DNA of 64,000 bases from Camelus ferus (taxonomy: Eukaryota), in the NCBI RefSeq assembly GCF_009834535.1, contig NC_045698.1:12960001-13024000 (forward strand), written 5' to 3'. Both the position numbers and the translations under genes were made by a program. This document shows, in pieces, positions 13,868 through 25,685 of the stretch; within the stretch, counting starts at the first letter, position 1, and the number at the start of each line of letters is the position of its first letter. The notes under the pieces are model-generated. The model did no database searches and was not told the DNA's origin. It saw only the letters and a list, made by a program, of their open reading frames with translations.

Positions 13868-14197
13868 TTTCAAAGTTCATGTTGAAGGTTTAACCCCCAT
13901 TGTGACCATATTTGGAGATGATGCCTTTAAAGAGGGAATTAAAGTTAAGTGAGGTCATCAGGGTGTGGTCTTAACCCAATAGGACTGGTGTCCTTACAAG
14001 AGGAGGAAGAGACATCAGAGATAAACACACAGAGGAAAGAAGCGTGTGAGGACATAGGGGAGAGGCTGATGGAAGAACCAAACCTGCCAACACCTGGATC
14101 TTGGACTTCTAGGTTCCAAAACTGTGAGAGAATAAATTTCTGCTCTTAAAGTCTCCCAGTCTGTGGCATTTTGTTATGATAGCCCTAGCAAATTAGT
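13868..14197 (+). mobile_element. MLT1A/B-type MaLR LTR (5' end clipped)
   Basis: 'aagttcatgttgaag', 'taggactggtgtccttacaagagg', 'aactgtgagagaataaatttctg', 'ttttgttatgatagccctagcaaa'. Confidence 0.85.
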
Positions 14198-14579
14198 CCC
14201 CAAAAGAAAACAAAGAAACTCTGCACACAAGCAGTGTTCTCTGGGCCAGCATGTACCTCACAGACGTATTGTCAGTGGCCTTTCATTACTCCAATGCCAA
14301 AGTGGGTCCCTGCAAGCAAAGGACATTAGGGACCTGAATCTGACAGGTTCCGGACTCCTCTGGAAAGAAACGTTACATCTGTGCTTGGGTTTTCTTATAT
14401 CCATTGTGAATCCTTAGTAAAATGTAGTGTTGAATAACATCTGTGATTTCTGTGAGTCTGCTTTGACAAGTCAACGTTTTACGGTATTTCAAGGGGTCTT
14501 GCAAGTACCTAAATGCTAACACATTACAACTGAAGCAATCATTTCAGACCTGCAAACATGCATCTTGATAAATAGCCCG

Positions 14580-14902
14580 TGCATTAGTTTCTTAGGGCTA
14601 CCATAACCAAATACCACAAACGGGGCGGCTTTATACACAGAAATTTATTCTCCCAGTTCTGGAGCCTGGAAGTCCTAAATTATGCTGTGGACAAAGCCAT
14701 GCTCTCTCTGAAGGCCCTGGGGTGAAATCTCTTTGATACCTTCCTCTTAGCTTCTGGTGTTGCCAGGAATCCTTGGTGTTCCTTGGCTTATAGATACATC
14801 ACTCCAATCTCTGCATCTGCTGTTAAAAGTGCTGTTCTTCCTGTGTGTCTCTATATCTGTGTATCTCCTGCTCTTCTAAGGACATCAGTCATATCGGCTT
14901 AA
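14580..14902 (-). mobile_element. MLT1B/C-type MaLR LTR, truncated
   Basis: 'tgcattagtttcttagggctaccataaccaaataccacaaac...cagaaatttattctcccagttctggag...aaggacatcagtcatat'. Confidence 0.85.
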
Positions 14903-16779
14903 GCCGATTGCTATGTAATTTCATATCTAGAAGTCATGATTAGAGTTACCCTTTCAATATTGTCTATATATATACATTTTAGATTGATATCTGTATTTGT
15001 TATATACATATGTGTGTTTATATATGCACTAGTATATCTTTCATAAAATGTGGAACACTAATTTGTTTTGTAATCCTTTTTTACTGAATTTTTACATTAG
15101 GCACAATAAAGCTCTTTTTTCCTAATGTCTATAAATTATCCCATTGTTTGAATGTGTTTTATTCTGTTGAATTAGATCTGTTTTAAAGAATTTTATAAAT
15201 AAGTTTTAGCTTTGCCTTGATATTGCAAATTTTCTATAATTAGCATGCAAATACATACATATGCTTGAGCCCTTCTGAAAACATGTAAAATAAATACGTA
15301 AAAAGTAATCAAAGGGTATGTCATTTGAAATTGCCAAAGTGCCTTCCAAAACTTTTGTGATAATTAAAATCTGTATCATTATTGCATGAGAATTTGTATT
15401 TCTTCTCAACTTCAGTCATTTGTAAGATTCGGGGGTATTTAGCATAAAAGGCAACATCCACCAAAAAACTAAAAGTAGAAACTATGATAGGATGTCTCTG
15501 GAGAGGGTAAGTTGGTGGTGAGTATTGGGACAGAGCTTTTGCCTTTTCATTATAAATCTCTCTGTGCTGTTTGATTTTGATAAATATTAGGAAAAATAAT
15601 CATGGGAAAGAAATCCTCTTCTTCAGGGAAAATGACTATAACTACAAAAATTTAGACTACACTTGATTTGCTTTTTTTGTTTGTACACAACTAATAAGAA
15701 ACAAATCTTTAAATTCAGACTTCATGCTCTCCAATATCCAATATTCCAAATTATTTAAGTCAGTCTGTAGCACAGGGAATGTTACAGTAGGTGGAGGTAG
15801 CTAAATACACCTGTTAGACGGCATGATGAGGACTATTACCAAAATCAAACACAAAAACAAAATGTGAAGCTTGGAATCTTACATCCAGAGTGACCGAAAA
15901 TGGTAGATTGTATATTTGGTTTATGGCCCTTTGTTGTTACCAGTTTATGTATTTCATTTCTCTCTCAGTGGACTGTATGATTCATGAAAAGAGTTTTCAA
16001 TAATACTCCCATAATTCATAGAGCCAAACACGTTGACTTGGGCATATTAGATACTCAAAAAATATAAGATGAAGTGAAGTAGTTTATAAAGTTTCAGTGC
16101 CAGAAGAATGCTGTAATTCGGAAAGGATTGGCCAAGGAAAGTTCACCATATTAATTCCGACCTACAAGGCAGTGAAGTAACCATTTCAATTGTCTGATGT
16201 ACTACTCAGAGCCTTCTGGACCTGCCCAGCCTGCCCAGTGCAATAACATTCAGGGCTGGTGTCTGGGGATTTGGTTTCCTGTCTCAGCCCTAGGTTAGCA
16301 GCATAGCGTTCCTTGGTCTTAGTTTTCCACCTGCAGGTGGATACATATATGTATACCTATGTGTATATATATGTGGGGATGTGTGTTATGATGCACAGTT
16401 TCATCAGTGTCGTGCTTACTGTAACATACTGAATCAAAGATAATCTCGCAGGATTAAATGACACATCACAGAGTATTTTTATATTGAAGCCTTTAGGAAC
16501 TACTTGTTTATCCTATAATAAATAAAAAGAAATAAATATATTTAAAAGTATGAGTTGTTCAATAGCACAGTTTGTGATAAAAGCTTTTAAAAAAGCATGT
16601 TGCAAGACTGTTAAAATACTATGTAAAATATAAATCTACATAGGGTATACAATACTATTTAAAATATAAACTTACATAAGATATCAGTATCTTTTACTTT
16701 TTCAAAAAATTTAGACTAAAGATAGTTGCATTTAAATGACAGAATTAAAATTTGGGGTGTTAAGATAACCCAGGTACTA

Positions 16780-17490
16780 ACTCTCCTACTGCTGGTGGGA
16801 ATGCAGTTTGGTGCAGCCACTGTGGAAAACAGTATGGCGATTCCTCAAAAGACTAGGAATAGACTTACCATATGACCCAATCATCCCACTCCTGGGCATA
16901 TATCCAGAAGGAACCCTACTTCAGTATGACACCTGCACCCCAATGTTCATAGCAGCACTATTTACAATAGCCAAGACATGGAAACAGCCTAAATGTCCAT
17001 CAACGGATGACTGGATAAAGAAGAAGTGGTATATTTATACAATGGAATACTACTCAGCCATAAAAACTGACAACATAACGCCATTTGCAGCAACATGGAT
17101 GCTCCTGGATTATGTCATTCTAAGTGAAGTAAGCCAGAAAGAGAAAGAAAAATACCATATGAGATCGCTCATATGTGGAATCTAAAAAACAAAATGAAGC
17201 ATAAATACAAAACAGAGATAGACTCATAGACATAGAATACAAACTTGTGGTTGCCTAGGGGGTGGGGAGTGGGAAGGGATAGACGGGATTTCAAAATTGT
17301 AAAATAGATAAACAAGATTATACTGTATAGCACAGGGAAATATATACAAGATCTTATGGTAGCTCACAGAGAAAAAAATGTGACAATGAATATATATATG
17401 TTCATGTATACCTGAAAAACTGTGCTCTGCACTGGCATTTGGCACAACATTGTAAAATGACTATAAATCAATAAAAAATGTTAAAAAAAA
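16780..17490 (+). mobile_element. Young 5'-truncated L1 (ORF2 C-terminus, 3' UTR, poly-A) with 15-bp TSD
   Basis: ORF 16808..17185 reads [13 protein letters not shown]...[22 protein letters not shown]...EYYSAIK, the L1 ORF2 C-terminus. ATAACCCAGGTACTA occurs at 16765-16779 and 17491-17505; AATAAA and an A-tail are present. Confidence 0.97.
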
Positions 17491-18829
17491 ATAACCCAGG
17501 TACTATATAAAATATGGTTTTGTAAATAGAAAAAGGCAATCCATATGGGAAAATACCACAGTTCATATTATACAGGTTATATTTATGTATTATATATTAT
17601 ATTTCAAATATTCATTTATCAAGTCAACATTATTACATCTAATCATGACTTTCTTAGTCACAGTACACATTTTTAATACTCTAAAGTGTTTGTGGTATTT
17701 TATACACCCACAAGGTTTATACCATCTCATAAAACAGTTTTAATCTCTGACATAAAATGATAGGTAAAAGAGTAATAAAAGTAAAAAGGGAAAAATAATC
17801 TGTTTCTGTTCATTTATTTATCAGAAATACTGAAATAAAAAACCAAAACAATCCTTCAAATTTAGATTAATATAAAAGAAACAGGCTGCTCACTTTAGTG
17901 CATTATCATTGGATATAATTTTATAATTCCTTCTGGACAAGTCCATTCCCTGCTCACTGAACTGCCTTCTGTTTGGTTATTCCAGCAGTTATGAAAACAA
18001 GAAAATTTTCTTATAATGTCCTGGCATTAAAGAATGGTGCTACTTTAATTTTGGACCTCCTGTGTCTTCGGCTGGAATGTAGCCTTAGGGGAACGCATGT
18101 GTATAGGTGAGGAGAAAGGAGACACCCATTCAACTGGCCAGAGCTTTTGAACAAACCCTGATAATCAATACACCAACAGATGCCATCGCCAGCTTGTCCT
18201 GAGATGCTATTCCCAGCTCGGGAATGAGCTCATTGACTTCGCGGTGGAGAAGTCTTTCAGGGTTTCTCCAGTGTCGTCTAGTTTTGCTGCTGTCCAGAGG
18301 CAAAATCTAATAAATCGAGAGACAGAAGTGTTATATTTCACAGAAGGTGTCCTTATGCTTTGCAGATTGAAAACTGAAAAGAAAAAGTGGCTTATTTTGA
18401 TTAGTTCTATGGCCCTTAGCCTCTTAACTATTCTTTTCTTTTCTTTTTTTTTTTTTTTACATTTAAGGGCATTATAGAAAGAAAAAGAAACAATCAAAAG
18501 GTAAGAGGAATAGACAAGAAGAAAAAGGCAGTTTAAAGATTTGTGAATATGAAGGCAAAGAAGGAATGTAGAGATGAAGAAAATCTTCCATTACTAGTCC
18601 GCTGATACTAAATTCTGATTCAACTGCAAATTTGAGCATCACTACCTAAGTAAATTTTATGCATTTGTTAAAGTCAAAATGGGTTGAGCAGTTTTTTGTG
18701 CATCCAGATACATTTAAATTGCATTTACAGTTTAGAAATTTCATCCCTTTTTGGGGCATTTTGTTAACTCTTCAGTTTGAATAATATAATTATTGTGTAG
18801 GTACTATATTTACCATTATTTTATTATAT

Positions 18830-18955
18830 TTTTTTCTATCTCACCCACTGAAATGTCAGTTCCATCGGCCAAGGGATCGTGTGTCTTTTTCGTCTCTCTT
18901 CTATCAGCAGTGTCCAGCGGGTTGGTCAAAGCCAGTAAATATTTGTTGAATAAGT
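18830..18955 (+). mobile_element. L2 3' end remnant
   Basis: 'cccactgaaatgtcagttccat...cagtaaatatttgttgaataagtg'. Confidence 0.6.
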
Positions 18956-19289
18956 GGTAAACAGTGTCTTATATAATGTGGTTTGGATTTCTTTAGAATT
19001 AACTAAACTAATTCGTCATTGGATACATTCAATGAAGTACAGTGCTCAGATCTTAACACCATAGCCCAGGCACTGTTTGATCAGAATATTTGAGAATCTC
19101 GTCTCTTTTTGGAGGCCAGTGGTTTTCAAAGATTTCTTATTTGTGGAAATTGTTCTTTCAAGTAAATGTATATAAAGAACTCCAATTTAATAATAAGAAA
19201 AAACACAGAATTATTCTTGTTAAGGTGAAATATATGTATGTATGTACATGAAGGACCAAATATGATCATAATAGTCTTGGAGAAGTAAA

Positions 19290-20800
19290 AGTTGGGAGAA
19301 CTTGCTGTAAAAGATTGAAACATATTGTAAGACAATAGTAATAAAGCTGGTTTGCAATTGGTTCAGAAGCAAAGAGACCAATGGAAATAAAGACTACAGA
19401 AACTATCATGTATTTGACTATGGAAGCATAGCATTACAAGTAGTGAGGAAATTTTTTTCCATTAAATGGTTCTGGAAAAATTGAGTATTCAATTAAAATA
19501 AAATAAACTTTCAGATTATTGAGAACTTCAAAGTGCAATAAAATTTTAGATAATCTAGGAGTCCTTTGAGCACTTAAGATATGAAATAACATCTTAAACT
19601 ATCTACAAATAGCTCTAAACATACAGAAAATACTGATAAAATTTATTATGTTAATATTAAGAAATTTCGTTCATGAAGACCCCTAAGGGAGAAAGGACAA
19701 GCCATAAAGTAAGGACACTATAGATTAGGAAAAAAGCAGCTTCCCAGGATGCTACAGCTGCATAAAGAACATGCTTCTGTGAATGAAGCACAAATAGTAT
19801 TTCAGCTCCCATTACCCCCTTGGCTGCATGGCCCAGTGCTTCACACCACAGTGTGTATGGGGCGACCTTCATATTGTGGGAGAGGACAGTTACTGTGCAT
19901 ATAACCAGTAAAGGACTGGCATTTAGACTGTGAAAATAACTCCAGTGTTAGTAAGTGTAATACAGAAAACACAATAGAAAAACATGAGCAAAAATCCTGA
20001 ATGAGCAAATCCTTAAGGAACAAATCCAAAAGACCAATAAAACTATATATATACATATACTATCATGGATAATCAGAGAACTCAAAATTAAAACCACAAG
20101 GAAATTCCATTACATACCTGCTAGACTGGCTAAATTTAGTTAACTCGTAATATAAAGTGTCTGAAAGATTATGCAGCAATGGAAACTCATAAACTGCTGT
20201 AAGAATGAAAATATTGGTTCTAGAGTGTTGATAAATAAATTTATGGACACCCTCTGAGCAATTCCATTTTAAGTGTATTAATATAGAGTGGCATATTGAT
20301 ACTACACAAACAAGGATGTAAACACAAGAATGTTCATGAAAGTATTACTCACAATTGCTCTTTTCTGGAAATAAACCAAGTGTCCATCAACAATAGAATA
20401 GATAAAATTATGCTGCATTCATGTAAGATAATATTATAGCTAAGCAAACAAAATAAATACATATATATGCACATATATCATAATTCTAATTATATTATGT
20501 CAAAAGAAGTGAAAACAAAAATACTTCATAGGAACACAGATTAAGGTACTAAACTAAAGAATACTACAGAAACGGTTAAAATCAAACTCAGCAAAGTGGT
20601 TATATCTGGACGGGAGAGGAATGTGATTGAGGCAAAATCTTTGAGAAATTTGCACATGCTGACAATATTCTATTTTCTTTTAAATCTTTAAGGTGATTTC
20701 TCTCATTTTCACTTTATTTTTCTTGCCCATCCCAGTTTTGCCTTATATGCTTTGTGTTTGCTTTGTTTTATATATGCTTTCTTTGTGACTAGTTCACAAT
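19290..20800 (+). mobile_element. Highly diverged L1 (L1ME/L1M-like) ORF2 to 3' UTR remnant
   Basis: 'aaagttgggagaacttgc', 'caaaattaaaaccacaaggaaattccattacatacctgctagactggc', 'ccaagtgtccatcaacaatagaatagataaa'. Confidence 0.7.
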
Positions 20801-20867
20801 TTTTAAATCAAGAAAAGTATTCTCAATTGGATAATTGGGAATTTACTAATTTTACTGTTTAGGGAGG

Positions 20868-21302
20868 TGTATTAGTTCCTGGAGTTGCTTTCAGAAAGCA
20901 CCCAAAACTGTGTGGCTTAAAGCAAACGGAAAATTATTCACTCACAATTCTGGAGGTTAGAAATTCAAAATCAAGGTGTTGGCAGGCTCGTGCTTTAGTT
21001 AAGGTGCTAGGGGAGAAGTGTTTTCCTAGTTTCTGTTGGTTGCCAGCATCCTTGGCACTCCTTGGCTTGCAGCTGAGTCACTGCCTGTGTCTTCACGTGT
21101 TTGTCATCCCTCTGTGTCTGTGTCTGAGTCCAAATTCCCACCTTCTTAGAAGAACAATGGTCATTAGATTTAGGGGCCCGTCTAATCCAGTATGACTGCA
21201 TCTAAATTTACTGCATCTGCAAAGACCCTTTTTCCAAATCAGTTCATGTTCTGGGGTTCTGGATGACATGAATTTTGGAGGGAGGCTACTCAATCCAGTA
21301 CA
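20868..21302 (-). mobile_element. MLT1C-type MaLR solo LTR, near full length
   Basis: TG...CA ends: 'tgtattagttcc...cacaattctggaggttag...tgcatctgcaaagaccctttttccaaat...caatccagtaca'. Confidence 0.88.
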
Positions 21303-22664
21303 TAAGAATATAGTTTAATAAGTTCATGGGATTTTCTAAATTATATTTTATAAACAGCATTATAAAGTTTTAATTGACAATTCATCTCTAAATCATGAGC
21401 CACAGAACCTGGCCCAAGGTTTGAAATCTTTCCAAACCAAGGTACAACACACATACCTAAAACTGGAGAAAGCAAAGATGATCTGGGTATTTTGAGGAAG
21501 GAGTTTTATGGAAATGGTATCATATTCTCTATGAAAACTATGCCAGAAGTGATAGCAATGGATTTTTTATTGAGGATTAGACTCAAAATTATGTTTTGCA
21601 TTGCCTGAATCTAGCTCAGAGGAGTTTTAGTTCTGCTAATTACTGAATCTCTCAGAAGGAACACCCTACTCTAATTCTTTAAAAATCAATTGTTCAAAAT
21701 TAGATAAACGTATTTTCAAACTGAAAATCCCAAAGATATTTCATGTGTAGTTAATAATTTCACAATTTTTTTTTGTTACAGCTATCTTTTTGCCCATTTA
21801 TATTAGAGTAAGCATTGGACTTTAACATAATTTGTGCATTATTTATACTTATTAAATACTAATTATGACCGATTCATATTTTGGGTAGTATATGACATCT
21901 TTGAATCTAAATAGATTAAAAAAATATTTTCTCTTATAGATAGTTTAAATGACTTTTTCTTTACAATCCTTTAAACTTCTGTGCCTATAGTCTGTCAGCT
22001 TTCCATTAGTATCTGGAATGTTCCTTCTCAATACTTTTCAAATATTGAAATATGAGATTTCTATTGGAAAATTTGAGTAGTTTTCTCCAAAACAAAATTG
22101 TGCATATTTTTCGTATCTCCTCAAGTAGCTCAGCCAGCAAAGAAAAACAAAGTGCTTTGGGAGCAGAGTGCGGAAGAGAGGAAGGACAGATCTGGCTTTA
22201 TTTCAAAGTTAAGAAAAAAAAAATTGGCTCCTGGCAGAATCAAAAGCCTGGATTCGATTCAAAATATCATTGAATGCTAAATCCGGAAATTATCTTACAA
22301 ATCGTTATCCAATCCAATCCTTTTATTTAATAGATGAGGAACTTAAAACCCAGGGAAAATTAATACCAGGCTTAAGGCTCCCCAGCCAGCCAGGCAGAAC
22401 TCTGCTTTATTCTATTTCCAGGACCCAAAGGAATAGACTTGTAAGTACTCCTGCTTTTCCAAACACTCCATATCCATCAGTGACCTGGTTTAAAATCCAA
22501 GAAGCCTTGCACTATTAGTACCTACAGGGACACTGCTGGAAGCCTCAGGTACTGTTCAGAGGTGGAAAGTGGCCACAAGTGAGAAATCAGGTTAATACAG
22601 ATATTTATCTTTCACCCTTTACAGTACCATCCTGTATCTATTTGGATTATTATAAATAGCACAC

Positions 22665-22769
22665 TAGAATATGAAAAGGATGAATATATATGTATAACTG
22701 AATCACTATGCTGTACACCAGAAATTAACACAACATTGTAAACTGACTATAATTCAGAAAAGAAAAAAA
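22665..22769 (+). mobile_element. Very short L1 3'-end insertion (~105 bp) with TSD
   Basis: L1 3' terminus 'tgtataactgaatcactatgctgtacaccagaaattaacacaacattgtaaactgactata' plus A-tail. Flanks ATAAATAGCACAC (22652-22664) and ATAAATAGCATAC (22770-22782), one mismatch. Confidence 0.88.
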
Positions 22770-24712
22770 ATAAATAGCATACCAAAGAGAGCCTGCTAGA
22801 TTGAGGATTTAAAAATGTTTGTGTCCCATGAATAACTGTGGATAAATGTGGTTAATTGTCTTTAGAATGAAAGTAAAATATTAAAAATTTACTTTAATTA
22901 ACTTTATTCCTTCCCAGCACTTCTCTGCACAAGTGTCTGCCCCAGGCTTTATTGACAGGCGTGTATCTCCACCTTCTAATTTCTACCTTGGTGCTTCAAG
23001 GCCACACAGAAAGTTTTGATCTCATTTCTTCCTTACTGGTGTGTGTATTGGTATATACACACACACACACATATATATATATATATGTATTTGTTTTGTT
23101 TTATCTGGGTCTAAATTTTAGAGAGACATTGAGTTTATTTGATCTGTCAGGATATATTTGTCTTTTATATGGATTGAGGGAAAGTGTCAATCATAGATAA
23201 TAGGAAATTTTAAACTAAAACCATTTTAAAACACTGTCCCCACTTTAGTTTTCTGCATAATTAGTGACTGTAAATAGATAATCTGATACACGGATTTAAT
23301 CTTAAATTTGTGCCAACAATACGCCCTGAACATATTTCTATTCATGCATTGATAGAGAGATCATCTTTTTTTTTTTTACTGTAGGGGGTTAAATAACATG
23401 CCCAGGTCCAATCCAGATCATTCCTTGAACCTTCACCAGCTGTAGGACTGACTCAACAGTCATTTAGGATACTTTCAGGGCTTCAAGTTTCCCCCTCCTA
23501 AATGCTCAGATCTCTGGCTTCTTAGCATCAGGAGAGGGGTGGAGTCCAGTCCAGTTTAGACCTACTTCCATGCACTGATGGCTGAGGGATAATATTTGCT
23601 GAATAGTCGTTCTCAATGAACCTCGTTTGAAGTTTTAGATGACTTCTATTTTCCAGACAATGCCATGGTTTCTATGAAAAATATTGCCATGCTCACAGCA
23701 CTTTTCCAAAGGTATTAATTTTATCAATTTTGTATCCCAGCGAAAAGTGAACTTCATGCTAAAGGAGTGAATGCCTTCAAGGTCAGTGCTTATATCTCAG
23801 CCAACCACCCTTAGACACTACAAGATCAAGGCAGCATGGTCGGACATCTGTCTCCTGATGGGCTTTCAGTGGCAGGGATTCTGGCTGTAGTCAAGAAAGA
23901 CCACTGTTCGGCTGCTCTCCCTTCCAGCTGCAGGAGTCGATCAAGTGGTAACAATCCCCAGGTAATTTTTAGTTTATAAAAATAAGTACTCTAGTCGGCT
24001 TGAGCACCAAATATGACAGCTTTATTAATTAGCTTTTTCAAGTGTCACTGATTCCAAGGTTATAAAAGGACCAGTTCCAGCATCAAGCACATCTTAAACT
24101 TGGATCATGGCCTCACTTCCTCCCTTCTTGCTCAACACCAGGATTCTCCCACTGCCCGCCATGCTTTTGGACCATCATGGGGCTGTTCCTTCAGAGGTCT
24201 CCTTGCCTTCCTTTTCACAGGCCTTGAGAGAAGCAGTCACAGTCCCTCCACGTTGATTTTCACAATTGTGAATCTCTGAGAAGAAGTATTCAAAATCTTG
24301 ATGCCTACTATACCAAGTGCTCCCATGTGGAAATGAGTCCATGCCCTCCCCAACGCACTGCATACCATGGTTGTGCTGAAGCTCCCCTGAACAACCACTT
24401 CACATACTTTACTGCTGAGTGGAGGAGTTGCTTAAGAACAGCTCTTGAGATGTCCTTTATTTTTACAAAGAACAGCTGACCGCTTTTTTGGCTGGAGACA
24501 AAAACAAATGAAATTATTTTCTAATTGTACACTCTACTATATGTGTTTTATTTATACTTACCAAGTATTGATAAGCCATAAATTATTGCAACTTGAATTT
24601 AATAAATAGGAATAATATTTGAATAAGATAATATCTTTAAAAGATGTGGAAGTTTATCTCTGTTTTTCAAACAGAAAATATCAAACTGTCATGGAATATG
24701 TTTCTCAGCTAC

Positions 24713-25685
24713 TTTTTTTTTAATAGACGTTATTCTTAAGAGCAGTTTTAAGTTTACAGAAAAAAATTGGACAGCTAGTACAGGGACTTCTCAGAAACAT
24801 TCTTTCTACCACACGCATTTTTCCCTATTATGAACATTCTGCATTAGTGTAGCACATTTGTTACAATTGATGAGCCAATATTGATATTTTATTATTAACT
24901 GAAGTCTATAGTTTACATTAGGGTTCAATCTTCTTTTGTTTTGTTTTGTGGGAAGAGTTAATTAGGTTTACTTCTGTATTTATTTAATGGAGGTACTGGG
25001 GATTGAACCCAGGACCTTGTGCATACTAAGCATGTTCTCTACCACTGAGCTATAGCCTCCCCCTAGGGTTCACTCTTTTTGTTGTGCATTCTGTGGGTTT
25101 TGTCAAACACGTAATGGCATGTGTCCATTATTACAATATCACACAGAACAGTTTTACTCCTCTGATTTATCCCTTCTTTCCCATAAATCCTGGCAACTAC
25201 TGATATTTTTAACTGAATCCATCATTTTGCTATTCCAGAATGTCATATTTTAAAACCATACAGTATGTAGCCTTTACAGATTTACTTCTTTCATTTAGCA
25301 ATATGTAATTAAGGTTTTTCCATGTCTTTTCATGGCTTGATAGTTGATTTCTTTTTATATGTGAATAATGCTCCATTGTAAGGATTTTACGTATGTTGTA
25401 AGGAGCTCCATAGTAGTGCTCAGTTTGTTTATCCATTTACCTACTGACGGACATCCTGGTTGCTTTCAGTTTGGGGCAATTATGAATAAAGCTGCTACAA
25501 ACATTTATGTGTAGGTTTTTGTGAAGACATAAGTTTTCAGCTCATTTGGGTAAATACCTGGGAGTGTGATTGCTGGAGAATATGGTAAGAATATGTTTAG
25601 CTTTGTAACAAATTGCCAAAATGTCTCCCTAAGCGGTTCTACCATTTTGTATTCCTACCAGCAATGAATGAGTGTTCCTGTTACT
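24713..25685 (-). mobile_element. L1MC-like 3' end, interrupted by a SINE
   Basis: 'agagcagttttaagtttacagaaaaa', 'catttgttacaattgatgagccaatattgat', 'attatgaataaagctgctacaaacatt', 'tattcctaccagcaatgaatgag'. Confidence 0.85.
24933..25063 (-). mobile_element. tRNA-Ala-derived SINE (camelid vic-1-like) with 14-bp TSD
   Basis: Minus strand GGGGGAGGCTATAGCTCAGTGGTAGAGAACATGCTTAGTATGCACAAGGTCCTGGGTTCAATCCCCAGTACCTCCA has A and B boxes, then an A-rich tail. Flanks TAGGGTTCAATCTT (24919-24932) and TAGGGTTCACTCTT (25064-25077). Confidence 0.92.

Noticed and set aside
24988..25063. tRNA-Ala gene
   Set aside because: The acceptor stem and anticodon arm are disrupted, and it carries a SINE tail and TSD; it is a SINE.
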